Shown here piece after piece: positions 1 to 12,720 of a stretch of DNA of 64,000 nucleotides (position 1 is its first letter; every line of letters begins with the position of its first letter). The translations under genes were made by a program, and so were the position numbers. The stretch is taken from positions 537,525 through 601,524 of the forward strand of contig LSRY02000054.1 of assembly GCA_001643675.2 (NCBI GenBank), read 5' to 3'. Source of the stretch: Monocercomonoides exilis PA203 (Eukaryota > Protista > Preaxostyla). The notes under the pieces were generated by a model. It was given only the letters and a program-made list of their open reading frames with translations. It was not told the origin of the DNA and made no database searches.

Positions 1-9
1 GAGAATGCA

Positions 10-2109
10 ATGGTTTCAATGGATTGTGACGTGAATGCAGAAGAATATCTATTCACATGTGAAAGTGAAGTGGAATTCAAATTTTTGGCATTCCATCTTT
101 TGATTTCATTAAGTGATGAAAACATTCAATATCATTCGTTGATGTGTGGAAATTCAGGAGAACTCATAATCAAAAACTGTCAATTTATTCGTCCACCAAC
201 AAACGGAGGAACTTTGTTTTTTAGCCTTGTGTACATGAATCGTGGAAATTTGTTTCTGGATTCAGTTGAGTGTGTTGATGAAAGTCAAACTGTTTCATTC
301 TGCGGGAATGTTTTCTTCATTAATTATCCCGCCATAGTTTCATTGACAAATGTGAGTTTGAACAAAATTTCAAGTGGTGGTGCAATTGTTGGTATAAGTG
401 GAAGTTATTTTTTGGAAGTTGCCGTTAATAACTGCACATTCATTGAATGTCAAGCAAAAAATTATGGAATAATATCTGTTTCCAGCAATGACACTGACTG
501 CACATACACAGTGGGAGATGGAGGCGTCACATCTTTCACTTCATGCAGCAGCAGTGGATTTAATGCCAAATCTGGTGGAATCTATTTGGATGTGTATAAC
601 ATTGAATCAGCTTCACAGCTGAAATGGCCGACAAATGGAAGGAATTTGGTATTTCAGGATTGCTTTTGTGGAGAAGGACAATCAAAAAGAAATACTGGAT
701 TATATATATCATTAAAAAATGATTCCTTGTTCAAAGATATGGCAGATTCTATAAAGGAAAGTTTTGCAGATGATTTCACACGAGAAGACAGTTTGTGGCT
801 TGTTGTTGGATATGACTATTGCAAGCAAAAAGAATGTGATTTCGTTAGCACATTTTTTGATCCCATTCCTCAAAAGCCAGACAATATGACAAGGGCATTC
901 GTGAAGTATGGTGGAAAAGGAAATGGCATCAGCGTTGAATCTGCAACAAACAGCTTGAAAGATGCATATGAATATTTGGAAAAGAGAGGAAAATGTTTCA
1001 TTGATGTTGTCAAAACGGATGATCCAATCAAAGCAGAAGCCATAAGTTTCAGCATTAACAGTGGAATAACAATTGAAGGAGTGAATGACAATGGAGAAGG
1101 AAATACAGAAGTGGCAATTGATTGTGATGCTTCTGCTTCATATTCACTATTTTTTTGCAAGAAAACTGTGGAATTCAAGTATCTGGCATTCCAAATCTCT
1201 TCAACAACAAAGAATTGGAACTCATTGATCTGTGCTGGATATGATTCAATTTCATTGAAAATATCAACATGTCGATTTGTCAGAATTGGATCACAATCAC
1301 AAGAAGGAATGAATTCAAATGCTGATGGAAACAGCCCCTTGGCAAGCAGTCTTGTAAGCGTTACATCTGGAAGTGTGGAAATGGACACAGTGAAATGCAC
1401 AGATGAAACCTCATTTGTGGCATTCTCTTCATCACCATTTTCATTTTCTGGAGCTAGAGAGGTGTCGTTGAAGGGAATGGACATCAGCAAAGTGAATGTG
1501 GAAAGTGGAGCAGCAATTAGCATCAGAGATAAGAGTGATTTATCTTCGAAGATGTCAATCGAAGGATTGAACATGAACGAAGTGATATCGGAGAAAGGAG
1601 CAGCAGCCGGGTTGGATATCATCCTCAGTTCAAAAGAATCAAGAGTGGCCATTGGAAGGTCAAGCAAATGTTCGTTCAAGTCTTGTTCAGCACCAGAAGG
1701 GAAATCAGGAGCAATATTCATTGACATGCCCAAGGCAACATCGAATCTCAAACTCCCAACAGAACACAACCTGGAGATCGACAGCTCAAACACAGCTGGC
1801 TCGAAAACAACTTCTCTGTTCATCATTGCCCCAGACTTCGAAGAGTTCTGCAGACAAGAAGATGTCTTTGCGTTTGCGAATGAATATGATGATTCCACTG
1901 TTGGTTGGATCGAGGGAGCAAAAGATGCAGAATCAGATCCTGAGGATGTGTATGAGAAGTATGTGAAAGTGAGACAAGAGAAACTGAAAGAACAAAACAA
2001 AAAGAGGATGGCAGGGATCGTTGTTGCCATTGTTGTGCCGATTGTTGTTGTGGCAGCAGTTGTGGTGATTGTGATTGTTGTTGTTGTTGTGAGGAAAAGG
2101 AAATCATAA
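10..2109 (+). CDS. Large type-I membrane surface protein, 5'-partial; paralog of the 32132..40024 gene
   Basis: The frame is open from the window edge. It has the same repeat motifs as the 2630-aa gene (VGDGGVTSF, SASQLKWP..GRNLVF, FVSTFFDPIPQKPDNM). The C-terminus is a hydrophobic helix (GIVVAIVVPIVVVAAVVVIVIVVVVV) followed by RKRKS-stop. Confidence 0.85.
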   Translation: MVSMDCDVNAEEYLFTCESEVEFKFLAFHLLISLSDENIQYHSLMCGNSGELIIKNCQFIRPPTNGGTLFFSLVYMNRGNLFLDSVECVDESQTVSFCGNVFFINYPAIVSLTNVSLNKISSGGAIVGISGSYFLEVAVNNCTFIECQAKNYGIISVSSNDTDCTYTVGDGGVTSFTSCSSSGFNAKSGGIYLDVYNIESASQLKWPTNGRNLVFQDCFCGEGQSKRNTGLYISLKNDSLFKDMADSIKESFADDFTREDSLWLVVGYDYCKQKECDFVSTFFDPIPQKPDNMTRAFVKYGGKGNGISVESATNSLKDAYEYLEKRGKCFIDVVKTDDPIKAEAISFSINSGITIEGVNDNGEGNTEVAIDCDASASYSLFFCKKTVEFKYLAFQISSTTKNWNSLICAGYDSISLKISTCRFVRIGSQSQEGMNSNADGNSPLASSLVSVTSGSVEMDTVKCTDETSFVAFSSSPFSFSGAREVSLKGMDISKVNVESGAAISIRDKSDLSSKMSIEGLNMNEVISEKGAAAGLDIILSSKESRVAIGRSSKCSFKSCSAPEGKSGAIFIDMPKATSNLKLPTEHNLEIDSSNTAGSKTTSLFIIAPDFEEFCRQEDVFAFANEYDDSTVGWIEGAKDAESDPEDVYEKYVKVRQEKLKEQNKKRMAGIVVAIVVPIVVVAAVVVIVIVVVVVRKRKS

Positions 2110-2988
2110 AATGAAGAGAATAACGGAAAGGAACAAGAAATGAAGGATTAATAGTGAAGCTGATATTTTATTGCGCAGCAGTTTTATTTCTTCCGTGTGT
2201 ATTCATTATTTTTTTCAAAATTTTTATTTCCTCAATTGGTGTTTTTATTTTATTTTTTTTTTATTTTGTTCATCAGAAATGCACAGTTAATCAAGGACAT
2301 AACTTTGTCAAAAGACAAAAGAAAAAATCTTTTTGATTGTCTTCAAGATGATAATGCAAATATTTTGTTCATTTTCAAAACTGAATTTTTGTATTTGTGT
2401 GAACAGTTCGCAGTTGAAATATAAAAGAAAATATCGGCTTTCAGAAATGAAACATAAAAAATAATACTCAGATTGTTAATATTCATAAATAAATAACATT
2501 GTTCATTTCATTTTTGTGGTTTTACTCAAAAATCAAAATTTGATTCAAAACTTATTTCCAACAACAGCTTTTAATTATTTAATTTCTCCTGAATCAAAGT
2601 AAGTTTTAAGCATATCTTTGGTCAATATATTTTCTTCTAAAGAAAAACATGTATTTGAAAATAAAAACTCTCTCAACATTTCCAACCTCAATGCGTTGCG
2701 TTTATTACAAAAACACAAAACGTTAATAATAAAAATAAAAAACAAAATTTGAGCAAATACAACAAGCTATTATTTGCCAACAGTTTATCCTTTCTTCATT
2801 TAAAATATTTCTTGACTGAGTTCAATCAATAATAATTTCCATTGTTTGATTTATTTTTGATCAAACCTAAAATTTTAAATATCAATCAAATTTTTATTGA
2901 ATTGATTTTGAAAACACAAAAATAAAAGCACGTTTTATTTTTGTTTCGTGCTGCACATTTTCTTTCTTTTTTCCCTCCTATTTTGCAA

Positions 2989-5900
2989 ATGTTAAATTCT
3001 GTGCCTTGCAAGATAAATAGTCGTTTTGATATTAATGTTGACACATGCATTGGAAAAGGAAGCTTTGGATCAATTTTTATGGGGAAAGATGCAATCACGC
3101 AAAAAAAGGTTGCGGCAAAGATGGAAAAATGTGAAAGCAAAACTTCTCTATTGCTTCACGAAGCAGAAATTTTGGAAGAACTTCAAGGAGGCGAAGGCGT
3201 TCCAAAGGTGTTTTTCACTGGAAAGGTTGGAGATTACAATGTAGTTGTAATGGAGTTATTGGGAAATAACTTCGAAGAGATTTTTTCCCAAATGGGAAGG
3301 TATTCTTTCAAATTTTTCAAATTTTTATTTCATTAATCCAAATTTTTATTTTTTTTTCAAAAATAATAACAAAAGGAAATTTCCGATGCGAACGATTTTG
3401 CTTATAGCCATTCAACTTATAAGTCGTTTCAAATTTATGCACGAGCGTCAATTTATCCATCGCGACGTCAAGCCAGAGAACTTCGTTGTTGGTCTTGATC
3501 CAAACAAGAATAAGATTTATCTTATTGACTATGGATTGTCCAAGCGTCATGTGGTGCACAAAGGGAATTCGCTCATTCCGTTCCGCACGGGCGTTGAGCT
3601 GATCGGCACGCCGCGGTTTGCACCGATCAATGCGCATCTGGGGATTGAGCTGACAAGAAAAGACGATCTGGAGTCGCTGATGTATTCGCTGATCTACTTG
3701 TCGAAGTCGTCGCTGCCGTGGCAAGGGGTGGGGGCGCGGACGCTGCGGGAAAAGTTTGCGAAGATTGGGGATTTGAAGCTGAGCTGCAGCGTGGAGCAGC
3801 TGTGCCGGGGGCTGCCGGTGGTGTTTGCGACGGTGCTGGGGTATGTGAGGGGGCTGGGGAGGGAAGAGGTGCCGGACTATGTGTGGATGGGCAGTGCGTT
3901 CTACAGGGCGCTGGAGGAGGTGGACGGGGCGTGTGTGGTGTGGAGGAGGAGGTGGTGGGAGAGGGAGATAGAGAGAGGAGGAAAGGGAGGAAAGGGAGGA
4001 AAAGGAGGAAAGGGAGAGAATGGGTGTGATTGTCAGAGTGATGTTGTGGAGTTTGTGGAGAAGTTGTTTGAAGACAACGAAGAAGAAGAAGAAGAAGACA
4101 AAGAAGAAAGAACGTGGAGATTTGGAGGTGTGATTGGGCTTGGAGAAATATGTGGCAGAGGAGAGAGAGGAGGAGTCGAAGAAGAAGAAGAAGAAAAAGA
4201 TGATGATGATGAAGAGGAAGAGGAAGAGGAAGACGAGGAAGAGGAAGAGGATGATGATGATGATGAAGGAGAAGAAACGAAAGATGATGAAGATAATGAT
4301 GAAGATGATAGTGAAGATGAAATGTGTGTTAAAAGGTTGGAGCGTTGCTTTTGTAAAACAAGTGGATATGCCGGCAAATTAAAAGACATATTCAAACAAA
4401 AAATGGGAAGTTCCGAAAATTTTGCCGGTAAAACCAGTTTTTCCGAAGAAATTGAAGCGAATTTGAAAGGAAAAGCGAGCAAAAGGGCAGAAACACGAAG
4501 GCTTCTGAGGGCACGCACTGAAAGCCAAAACGAAACAATCAAATTGAACGAAAGGAAAATGGCTGATAGGAGAAATATGACTGGGCAGAAGGAAATGAAT
4601 GATTCATTCAGCAAATTGGCTATTTTGAGCATGAAGAATGGTCAGGAGAAAGAGAAAGAGAGAAAGAGAAAGAAAAGAAAGAAAAAGAAGAAGAAGAAGA
4701 AAAATTTGAACGCACATTCATATTCCCGTCCTTCTCTTCGCCATCGCTTCACTTTCTCAGAACTCGACTTATTTTTGTCTGAGCAAAACGTTAAATCGAA
4801 AAATATCCCAGAGAACTTTGCAGGCAAGCGCGATAATTCCGCAAGTGGTGACACATTTTTGAAAAATAACCAAAAAAGAAGTCAAAATCGAATGAATGAA
4901 AGAGGAAAAGAGAAAAACGAGATGAAAAAAGGAAACGAAGAGAATTGTGGGAGCGATGGACGAAGAAAAAAGAAGAAGGGAGGAAGTGAAGGAGTTGTTA
5001 ATTCTATGCTTTCTCCTTCTCCTTCTCCTTCCCCTTTAGCTTCTCCTTCTGCTTCTCCTTCTGCCTCTTCCACTGCTGTGCAAATGTCTTCTCATCCACC
5101 TTTTCCTCTTTCCTCGCCTGCAAATTCGCATTCATCAGACTTCATTCAAAATGGAAGTAAAATCAATGGAAAAGGGAAAAATGGATGGAGTTCTAATGGA
5201 ATAAAGGAGAAAGAGAAAGGAAAAGAAGGGAAAAGAAGGAAAGAGAGCAGAAGCATTGGCAGTTGTGGGAGTTTTAGTTGCCACGAGAAGGAAGAAGCGA
5301 AAGAAGAGGGCAAAAATAGCAGAATGAAAAATAAAGAAGAAGAGGAGGAAGAGGAAGGGAATGATGATAACAGCAAAGAAGAAGAAGATGATGAAAAAGA
5401 TAAAGATGAAAAAGAGCAGAGAAAAAGTTGTATTTCTGATGAATATGAATATGAATACGAAGATGAAGACGAATACGAATACGAAGAAGCAGGAGACGAC
5501 TTCTCCTTAAAAATGCTTCTGCCAACAGAGGAATTTTCGTTTATTTGCCGGCGCCCATCATTCACACCACTGTCCGGAATAATTCGGGCACCACCACCGA
5601 GTTGCGGATTTTCCGGTTTTTCCTGCGCCGGCACAAGCGAAGTTGCTGGCAGCACACCCACAACAAGTTCTGCTTCTGGTTCTTTTGCCGGAATTGATGA
5701 AGATGGAAAAAAAGAAGTGGGAGGGCGGAATAAATTCGGAGAAATAGAAAGAGGGAAAGGAAAAGAGAAAGAAAGAGAAAGAGAAAGAGAAGTCGATTCA
5801 TTCGGGTTTGGATTTGGGTTTGACAATGCAGCCGGAATATCAACATGTTATTTCCCTTCTTCTTCTGTCTCTTCCTCAACAACAACAACAACTTCTTCTT

Positions 5901-6055
5901 CTTCTTCTTCACCTTCTTGTTCTTCTCCAAATATTCTTCATTTCTCTTCCATTTCTCCTTCCTTCAGCACACCTCATTCCAGCATCCCTCTCTCTTCTCT
6001 TCAAATTCCTCTTTCATCCACAACAACTTCATCATCATCTTCTTCCTCCTCCTCC

Positions 6056-6088
<33 letters not shown>

Positions 6089-6416
6089 TCCTCTCCCTCC
6101 TCTTCCTCTTCTTCTTCTTCTTCTTCTTCTTCTCACCCCAATCCTCATTCTCCTTCCTTCTCCCCCATCAACAAACACCCTTCCCTTTCCTCCTTCCCCT
6201 CCCTCTCTTCTCTTCATTCTCTTCATTCTCCTCTTTCCTTCTCTTCTTCTCTTCCTCCTTCTCCTTCTTTCTCTCAGCCTTCTTCTTCTTCTTCTTCTTC
6301 TTCTTCTCCTTCTCCTTCCCTTTCTCGCTCTCTCTCTTCTTCTTCTCGCTCTTTCTCTCTTCCTTCATTCAATCCTTTGCTCCTCAATAAATGCAATAAA
6401 ACTCCTGATTTTCTTC

Positions 6417-6448
<32 letters not shown>

Positions 6449-8434
6449 TCTTCTCTATTTAATTCTTCTTCATCCTCCTCCTCTTCTTCTTCCTCCTCCT
6501 CTTCTTCTCCTTCTCCTTCTTTCTCTTCTCCTTCCAACAGAAAAGTTAACACAGCAAAAACTCTTTCAAAAACAGACAGAAAATCAAATTTGCCTTCTTC
6601 TTCTTCCTCTCTTTCTTTATTAAACACACCAACATCATCATCTTCTTCCTCCTCCTCCTCTTCTTCTTCTTCTTCTTCTCCATTAAATTCTTCTTCTCCT
6701 CTTTCTTCTTCTTCTTCTTCTTCTTCTCATCTTCTCAAAGACAATCCCATCAAACGAAGCTTAACTTCTTTCTCTCTCAGAAGATCTTCTTCTTTCTCTT
6801 TCTCTTCTTCTTCTTCCTCCCCCTCTTCTTCTTCTTCTTCTCCTCTTTCTCCTCTTTCTCCTCTTTCTCCTCTTTCTCCTTCTTCTGCCCCGTCTTCTCC
6901 TCGTCTTATTCCTTCTTCTTTCTCTTCTTCTTCTTCTTCTTCTCTTTCTTCTTCTTCTTCTTCTTCTTCTTCTTTGATGTCTTTATCTTCTCCTTATCGA
7001 AATAAAACTATTAGTCCTTCTCCTCTTTCTTCATCATCATCTTCTTCCTCTTCTTCTCCTTCTCCTTCTCCTTCTCCTTCTCCTTTATCATTTTCTTCTT
7101 CTTCTTCTCTTTCTCCCTCTTCTCCTCACAAACCATCCATTTCTCGTCTTTCTATGCTCAAAAGAGCAAACTCATTCAGTTCTTCTCCTCTTTCGAATTG
7201 CTCTTTTTCTTCCTCTTCTTCTTCTGAAATTGAAGCTGAAGAGGACGTTAATGATAATGTCATAAGTACAATTAATATTTCTTCTCCTTCCTCTTCTTCG
7301 TCCTCTTCCTCTTCTTCTTCTTCTACAAATTCTTCATCAAATTCTTCTTCTTCTTCTCCTCTCCCCAGTACCCCTCGTTCCTATCTCAAACTGACTCGTT
7401 CTCATTCATTCAACTCCAAATCTTCCTCTCCAAAAAGTCCTTTTTCCTTTTCTTCTTCAAATTCTTCTCCTTCTTCTCCTTCTTCTCGACATTTTGACAT
7501 GTCTGTCAAATTATCTGATTCAAATACAAATGATGGCAAATTGTTCGAACCCACAAGTAATTTTCCGGTCCGGAAACTCGAAAATATAAGTGATGGGTGC
7601 AGAAAAAATGAAGGCGAAAAGGGCAATTTTGATGGGAGAAGCAGCACTTTGAGTAATAAAAGTGGGCAAATCAGTCAAATTAGTAAAATAAGTCAAGTTA
7701 GTCTTATTAGCAAGGCAAGACAAGGGAATAAGAGCAGAATTGGAAGTGGAAGTGGAAGAAGAGAAGAGAATAGAAAAGAGAACAGAAATATTAATGGCAG
7801 ATTTGATGAATCAAGCAAACACAACAACAAAGAAGAAGAAGAAGAACATGATGATGATGATGAGAAGGAGGAAGAAGAAGATGCTTTGTGTTTGAGTGAA
7901 ACATTTGCAATACCTGAATTCAAGCCACACAAAGCAGAAACTGCTTCTTCAACTACAACTGCTTCATTTTCAAATTCTTCTTCAAATTCCTCAAATTCAT
8001 CATCTTCTTCTTCTTTTTCTTCTTCTTCTCATATCTCTTCATCGCATGCTCTTCTCCCTCAGTTTTCATCATACATCACTCACATTCCCCTTCCGGCTGG
8101 TTCTGCTTTGCCGGCAAAATTATGTTCTTCTTCTTCTTCTTCTTCAAATTCTTCAATATCATCTTTATCAACAACAAAAGATCCTTCATTGTTATCATCA
8201 TCTTCTTCTTCTTCTTCTTCATTTTCAAATTCTTCTTCTTCTTCTCCCTCTTCTTCTTCTTCTTCTTCTTCTTCTTCTTCTTCTTCTTCTTCTTCTTCTT
8301 CTTCTTCTTCTTCTTCTTCTTCTTCTTCTTCTTGTTTGAACACTTCTTCGCTGTATAAAGCGTCCTCTTCTTTATTTAAGTTCGCTTTGACTGCTCCGCC
8401 TTTGCCTTCTTCCTCTTCTTCAAAGAAAGCATAA
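2989..8434 (+). CDS. Casein kinase 1 family kinase with a very long acidic/basic/poly-Ser C-terminal extension; one intron ~3300..3375
   Basis: Exon 1 carries IGKGSFG, VAAKME and VVMELLG. The intron GTATTC...AAAAG joins in frame (GR|KFPMRT). Exon 2 carries HRDVKPENF, LIDYGLSK, GTPRFAPINAHLG and RKDDLESL, which are CK1 hallmarks. Confidence 0.88.
5850..8420 (+). repeat. (TCT/TCC)n microsatellite-rich tracts encoding poly-Ser inside the CK1 ORF
   Basis: Long TCT/TCC runs are directly visible, e.g. an almost pure (TCT)n at ~8250-8332. Confidence 0.9.
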
Positions 8435-9726
8435 GAATTTCTATCTAATTTATTTCTTTTTTCTTCTTTTTTTCTTCTTCTTCATCTTCATCATCTTCAT
8501 CATCTTCTTCCGTTTCTTCCATTTCTTCAGTACCTTCTTCATATTTAGCTTCATATGAATTGCAAAGAACATAATTCTTCAATGAAAACATGACATTTAA
8601 AAGGCGAAAAGCAGAAAAAAGCGAAATAAAAAAAATGGAAATGTTAATTTTTAATTGTTTTTTGTGTGTGTGTTATGAAAAAAAAAAGTAATTGTTTTGT
8701 TATGTTGTGAATATGTTTGATTAAAAGAAGAAGAAGAAGAAGAAGAGAAAGAAAAGAGAAAGAGAAAGAGAAAGAAAAATTGGATTATTGTTTGGATTTG
8801 GTTGGAGTTCGTATTAATTTGTGTAATTCGAATTTTTTGTTTTTTCAATGAAAATGCATTCATAAACATCATCTTCTTCTTATTCTGCTCTTTTTCTTTC
8901 TCTTTCTTTCTCTTTCTCCCTTGCTAATAAATTAATTTCTTTATTTATTACCAAAAATTAGTATTGATTTATGTCTTTATTGAATGTTCCATGTAATGTA
9001 TGTTATTTTTCATTGGCTGTTGTATCATATTGAAATTTTGTTGTAATTCGATTTCTTTCTTTCTTTCTTTAGCGAAAAATATGTTTATTCTTCTTCTTCT
9101 TCTTCTTTATGGAATTATTTATTTATTTAACTTTTTTTTTTTTTATTTTATTTCTTTTTTTATTTTTTTATTGATTAAAGTTTGATTTTCAAAGCATTTC
9201 GAGGATTTTTACTTGTTTTTTTAGCAGTAATCCTTGAACATTTTTGTTTCATCTGAAGATTGCAATCAAGTTGCTTTCTCTTTTCTTATTCTGAAGCTTT
9301 TGCCGTGTAATATTGTTAATAATAATTTTGTTTCATTTTTCCATATTTTTATCTCAATTGAATTTTCAATAATAATTTTTATTTTTTAATCAAACAAAAT
9401 CCATGTTTTTTTTTTGTGTCATATCTCACGTCATTCACGAAAAACAAAGAAAAGAAAAAAGAAAACAATTGATAAAATACTAAGTGCTTGTAACTTTTTT
9501 ATCACTTCGGATTTCATGAACAAAAAAGAAGAAAACCTATTAGCATTTGTAAGTATTAAAATAACACAACAAAATTTTTGTTGCTTCTTTATTTCTCTTT
9601 AAGATGAGTATAAAATAAAAAAAAACTAGACTGCTTTCCAAAATATCCTCTCCATAAAATGAAGATAGCAAAAAAAAATCAAACCATTTAAAATTCAACA
9701 AAACAAATACATTCTCAAAATGATTA

Positions 9727-10362
9727 TTATGAAGTACTCGACAAAGCTGCGTCTTGCTTATCCATCATTGGTCCTGCTCCTTGACCGGCATAAGGTTGAT
9801 AGGTTGTCGGCTGATATCCACTGTTCGCAACATTTGTTTGCGGATATCCAGCATTATATCCAGGGGTATATGCTGCTTGATTTGGCGTTGCATTTGGAGC
9901 AGGATAACCCGCTGTATATCCAGTTGGATATGTTCCAGGATATCCAGTTGGATAATTCTGTGGATAGCCTTGTTGACCTGCCGCAGGATAACCAGGAGTC
10001 TGGTATTGAGGTGCCCCATATGGAGCATATTGAGCGGGTTGAGCACCTGCAACTCCTGGAGCTGGAACATATCCACTTTGGTTCTTCTTCTTTTTCTTTT
10101 GATAGCAGCAGCAACATATGATAACGCCAACAAAGATCAAAGCCCCACCAATGAAAATAACACAGTACACAGCAGTGGTAATATTAAGTTTCGTTTGTAT
10201 TTCATCAAGTTGACTCAAAGTGCATTTGTTATAAGTGCAATCATAATATCCAGTGCATTTAAAATAATGTGTATAGTTGCAACAATATGTCGTTGAATAA
10301 TTTGTGTAATAGCAAGTGTAGCAAAAAGTTTCTTGCAAAAGTGGTAAAAGAATTGCAAGCAT
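9727..10362 (-). CDS. Small single-pass membrane protein with Shisa/VOPP1/WBP1-like architecture
   Basis: ATG at 10362. The protein runs signal-like MLAILLPLL, a short Cys/Tyr-rich ectodomain, a TM helix (AVYCVIFIGGALIFVGVII), CCCC+KKKKK, then a P/Y/G/Q-rich tail. The family label rests on architecture only. Confidence 0.7.
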   Translation of the reverse strand: MLAILLPLLQETFCYTCYYTNYSTTYCCNYTHYFKCTGYYDCTYNKCTLSQLDEIQTKLNITTAVYCVIFIGGALIFVGVIICCCCYQKKKKKNQSGYVPAPGVAGAQPAQYAPYGAPQYQTPGYPAAGQQGYPQNYPTGYPGTYPTGYTAGYPAPNATPNQAAYTPGYNAGYPQTNVANSGYQPTTYQPYAGQGAGPMMDKQDAALSSTS

Positions 10363-10546
10363 CACAAACAATTATGATCAATTATGATCTTATCTCATAA
10401 AAGCAACTTTTTCATATTTTTTGATAAAATTATTTTGCAATTAACTTTCAATGTGCGAATAGTTACATACTCAAATTTCTATCAGTTGAATGACTTATCA
10501 AACATTTTGAAATTTTGTGAAGCATGTTTCCCATATTTAAGTATTT

Positions 10547-11741
10547 ATGTCTGTTCAGGAAGAAGAAGTTCAACAAGAAGTCGTTGAAGGAGCAATTCCA
10601 ATTTCAAAGTTGGAAGGAAATGGAATTACTGCAGCAGATATTAAAAAATTGATGGAACAAGGATTTTTCACAGTTGAATCTGTTGCTTTTACAACAAAAA
10701 AGAATATTATGAATGTGAAGGGAATAACAGATGGAAAGGCAGACAAATTGTTGGCGGAAGGTATTCATATGTATTATTATTGTTGATTTATAAACATATA
10801 AAATAATTTTTACTCTATTTTGTATTAAAGCTGCAAAGCTCGTGCCAATGGGCTTTCGAACAGCTTCTGACTTTCATCTTCAGCGCCAACAAATCTTGAG
10901 AATAACAACAGGATCAAAAGCACTTGACGAGCTTCTTGAAGGTTTTTTTTTTCAAAAATTCAATTTTCTTCGTTTCAAAAAAAAATTGATTTATTTCACA
11001 GGAGGAATTGAAACTGGTTCAATAACAGAAATATTCGGTGAATTTAAAACTGGAAAAACACAGATATGCCACACATTATGTGTCACTTGTCAACTTCCAC
11101 AAGATCAAGGAGGTGCAGAAGGAAAAGCTCTTTATATTGATACTGAAGGTACTTTCCGTCCTGAGCGTCTTGTGAAAACAGCTGAACGATTTGGATTAAA
11201 TTCAGCTGTTTGTGTTATGTTTTTTTGTATATTCTTAATTTTTTACATTTTATTTTTTGTTAAACGCATTTAGGATGTTCTCGATAATGTAGCATATGCA
11301 CGAGCATACAATAGTGATCATCAAACACAACTTCTGATTCAAGCTTCTGCACTTATGGCAGAAGAGCGATTTGCCCTGTTGATAATTGATTCTGCAACGG
11401 CATTGTATCGTACTGATTATTCTGGACGTGGCCAGCTAAGTGACAGGCAAATGCATTTAGGACGTTTTTTGAGAACTTTGCTTCGTTTGGCAGATGAATA
11501 TGGAATTGCTGTCGTCATTACAAATCAGGTGGTTGCTCAAGTTGATGGAATGTCTTTTGTTGGAGAAGCTAAAAAACCAATTGGAGGTCATATCATGGCT
11601 CATGCATCAACAACCAGGTTGTCTTTGAGAAAAGGAAAGGCTGAAACAAGAATATGCAAAATATATGATTCTCCTTCTCTGCCGGAATCTGAGGCACAGT
11701 TTGTAATAACGGAGAATGGAATTGGCGATGCAAAAGATTGA
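10547..11741 (+). CDS. RAD51: DNA recombinase Rad51; exons 10547-10760, 10831-10941, 11002-11207, 11274-11741
   Basis: Three GT-AG introns rejoin in frame (EA|[10 protein letters not shown]|GGIETGS, LNSA|[10 protein letters not shown]). Walker A is GEFKTGKT and Walker B is [26 protein letters not shown] is Rad51-type rather than Dmc1-type. Confidence 0.95.
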
Positions 11742-12720
11742 ATTGCGTGTCTTTTTATATGTTCAATTCACCTTTTTCTTTATTCTCATGGTGCATTTAT
11801 GATTTTTTGTTTGTTTGTTTGACTTGTTTTTTCACTGAAATCAAATATTTTGTTCCAATTATTATACGTGTTTGTCCACACGGTTTTGGAATATATCGTT
11901 TAAGAACTTTAAATGGAAATTTGCTTTTGTGGACAATTATCTTTCTAAAAAATTAATTATAGTGCAAAAAGAATTAAACATTTATTTAAATTGTAACAGA
12001 ATAGATTTTACTTATTTCAAAACTTTTCCGAATAAGTTGTCTTTAATTGTGTTATTCAATCAAATTAATAAGTTAATACAATATCAATACATTTATACGT
12101 TGACGTATTCGCTACACATCATATCCTACTACAATTTCAATTATGAATCTGTAAATAGAAATGTTTGTAATTATAAAACAAAATAAAACTTCTGTTGAAC
12201 AAAATATTCGAAAAAAAAAGTGAAATGATTGCATAAAATATAGCAAGTCGAATAAAATCCATTTGATATCAACAAAAAATTATTTTCAATTTTTTAAAGA
12301 TAAATTTTCAACGGATTAGGATGTTAAAAAAAGAACAAAAACCTAAAATCGTCACAATTGTTTATAAAATTGAGTAAATTCATATTGAGTTCCCGATCAT
12401 AGATTAACAAAATAAAGTCCCGCAAAAAATATGTATAAAAACAATTAAATTACTTAGAATTACACAATACGTCGACTAAATTCAGTAAATCACTCTTAAA
12501 AGCTTAAATAGCGTTTAAAAAAATAAAAAGCCTTTGGATAAAAGCACAACGCAAAGTTATAAGTTACATCTTCTTCGTTTCACATGTGCAGCATTCATTA
12601 GTAAAAGAAAATCTGATTTTTATCTATTTTGGTGATCTTTTTGCTCAAATAGTGGAAGTTTTGATCCATAACAACCAATTTGTAGGTTGAATTTCAATTT
12701 AAATAAATATATCGTTTTAA

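Noticed and set aside
870-2030. Long antisense ORFs (870..2030 and 38863..39657) and the many ORFs overlapping CK1 and SRP40
   Set aside because: They are shadow frames of real genes or of triplet microsatellites.
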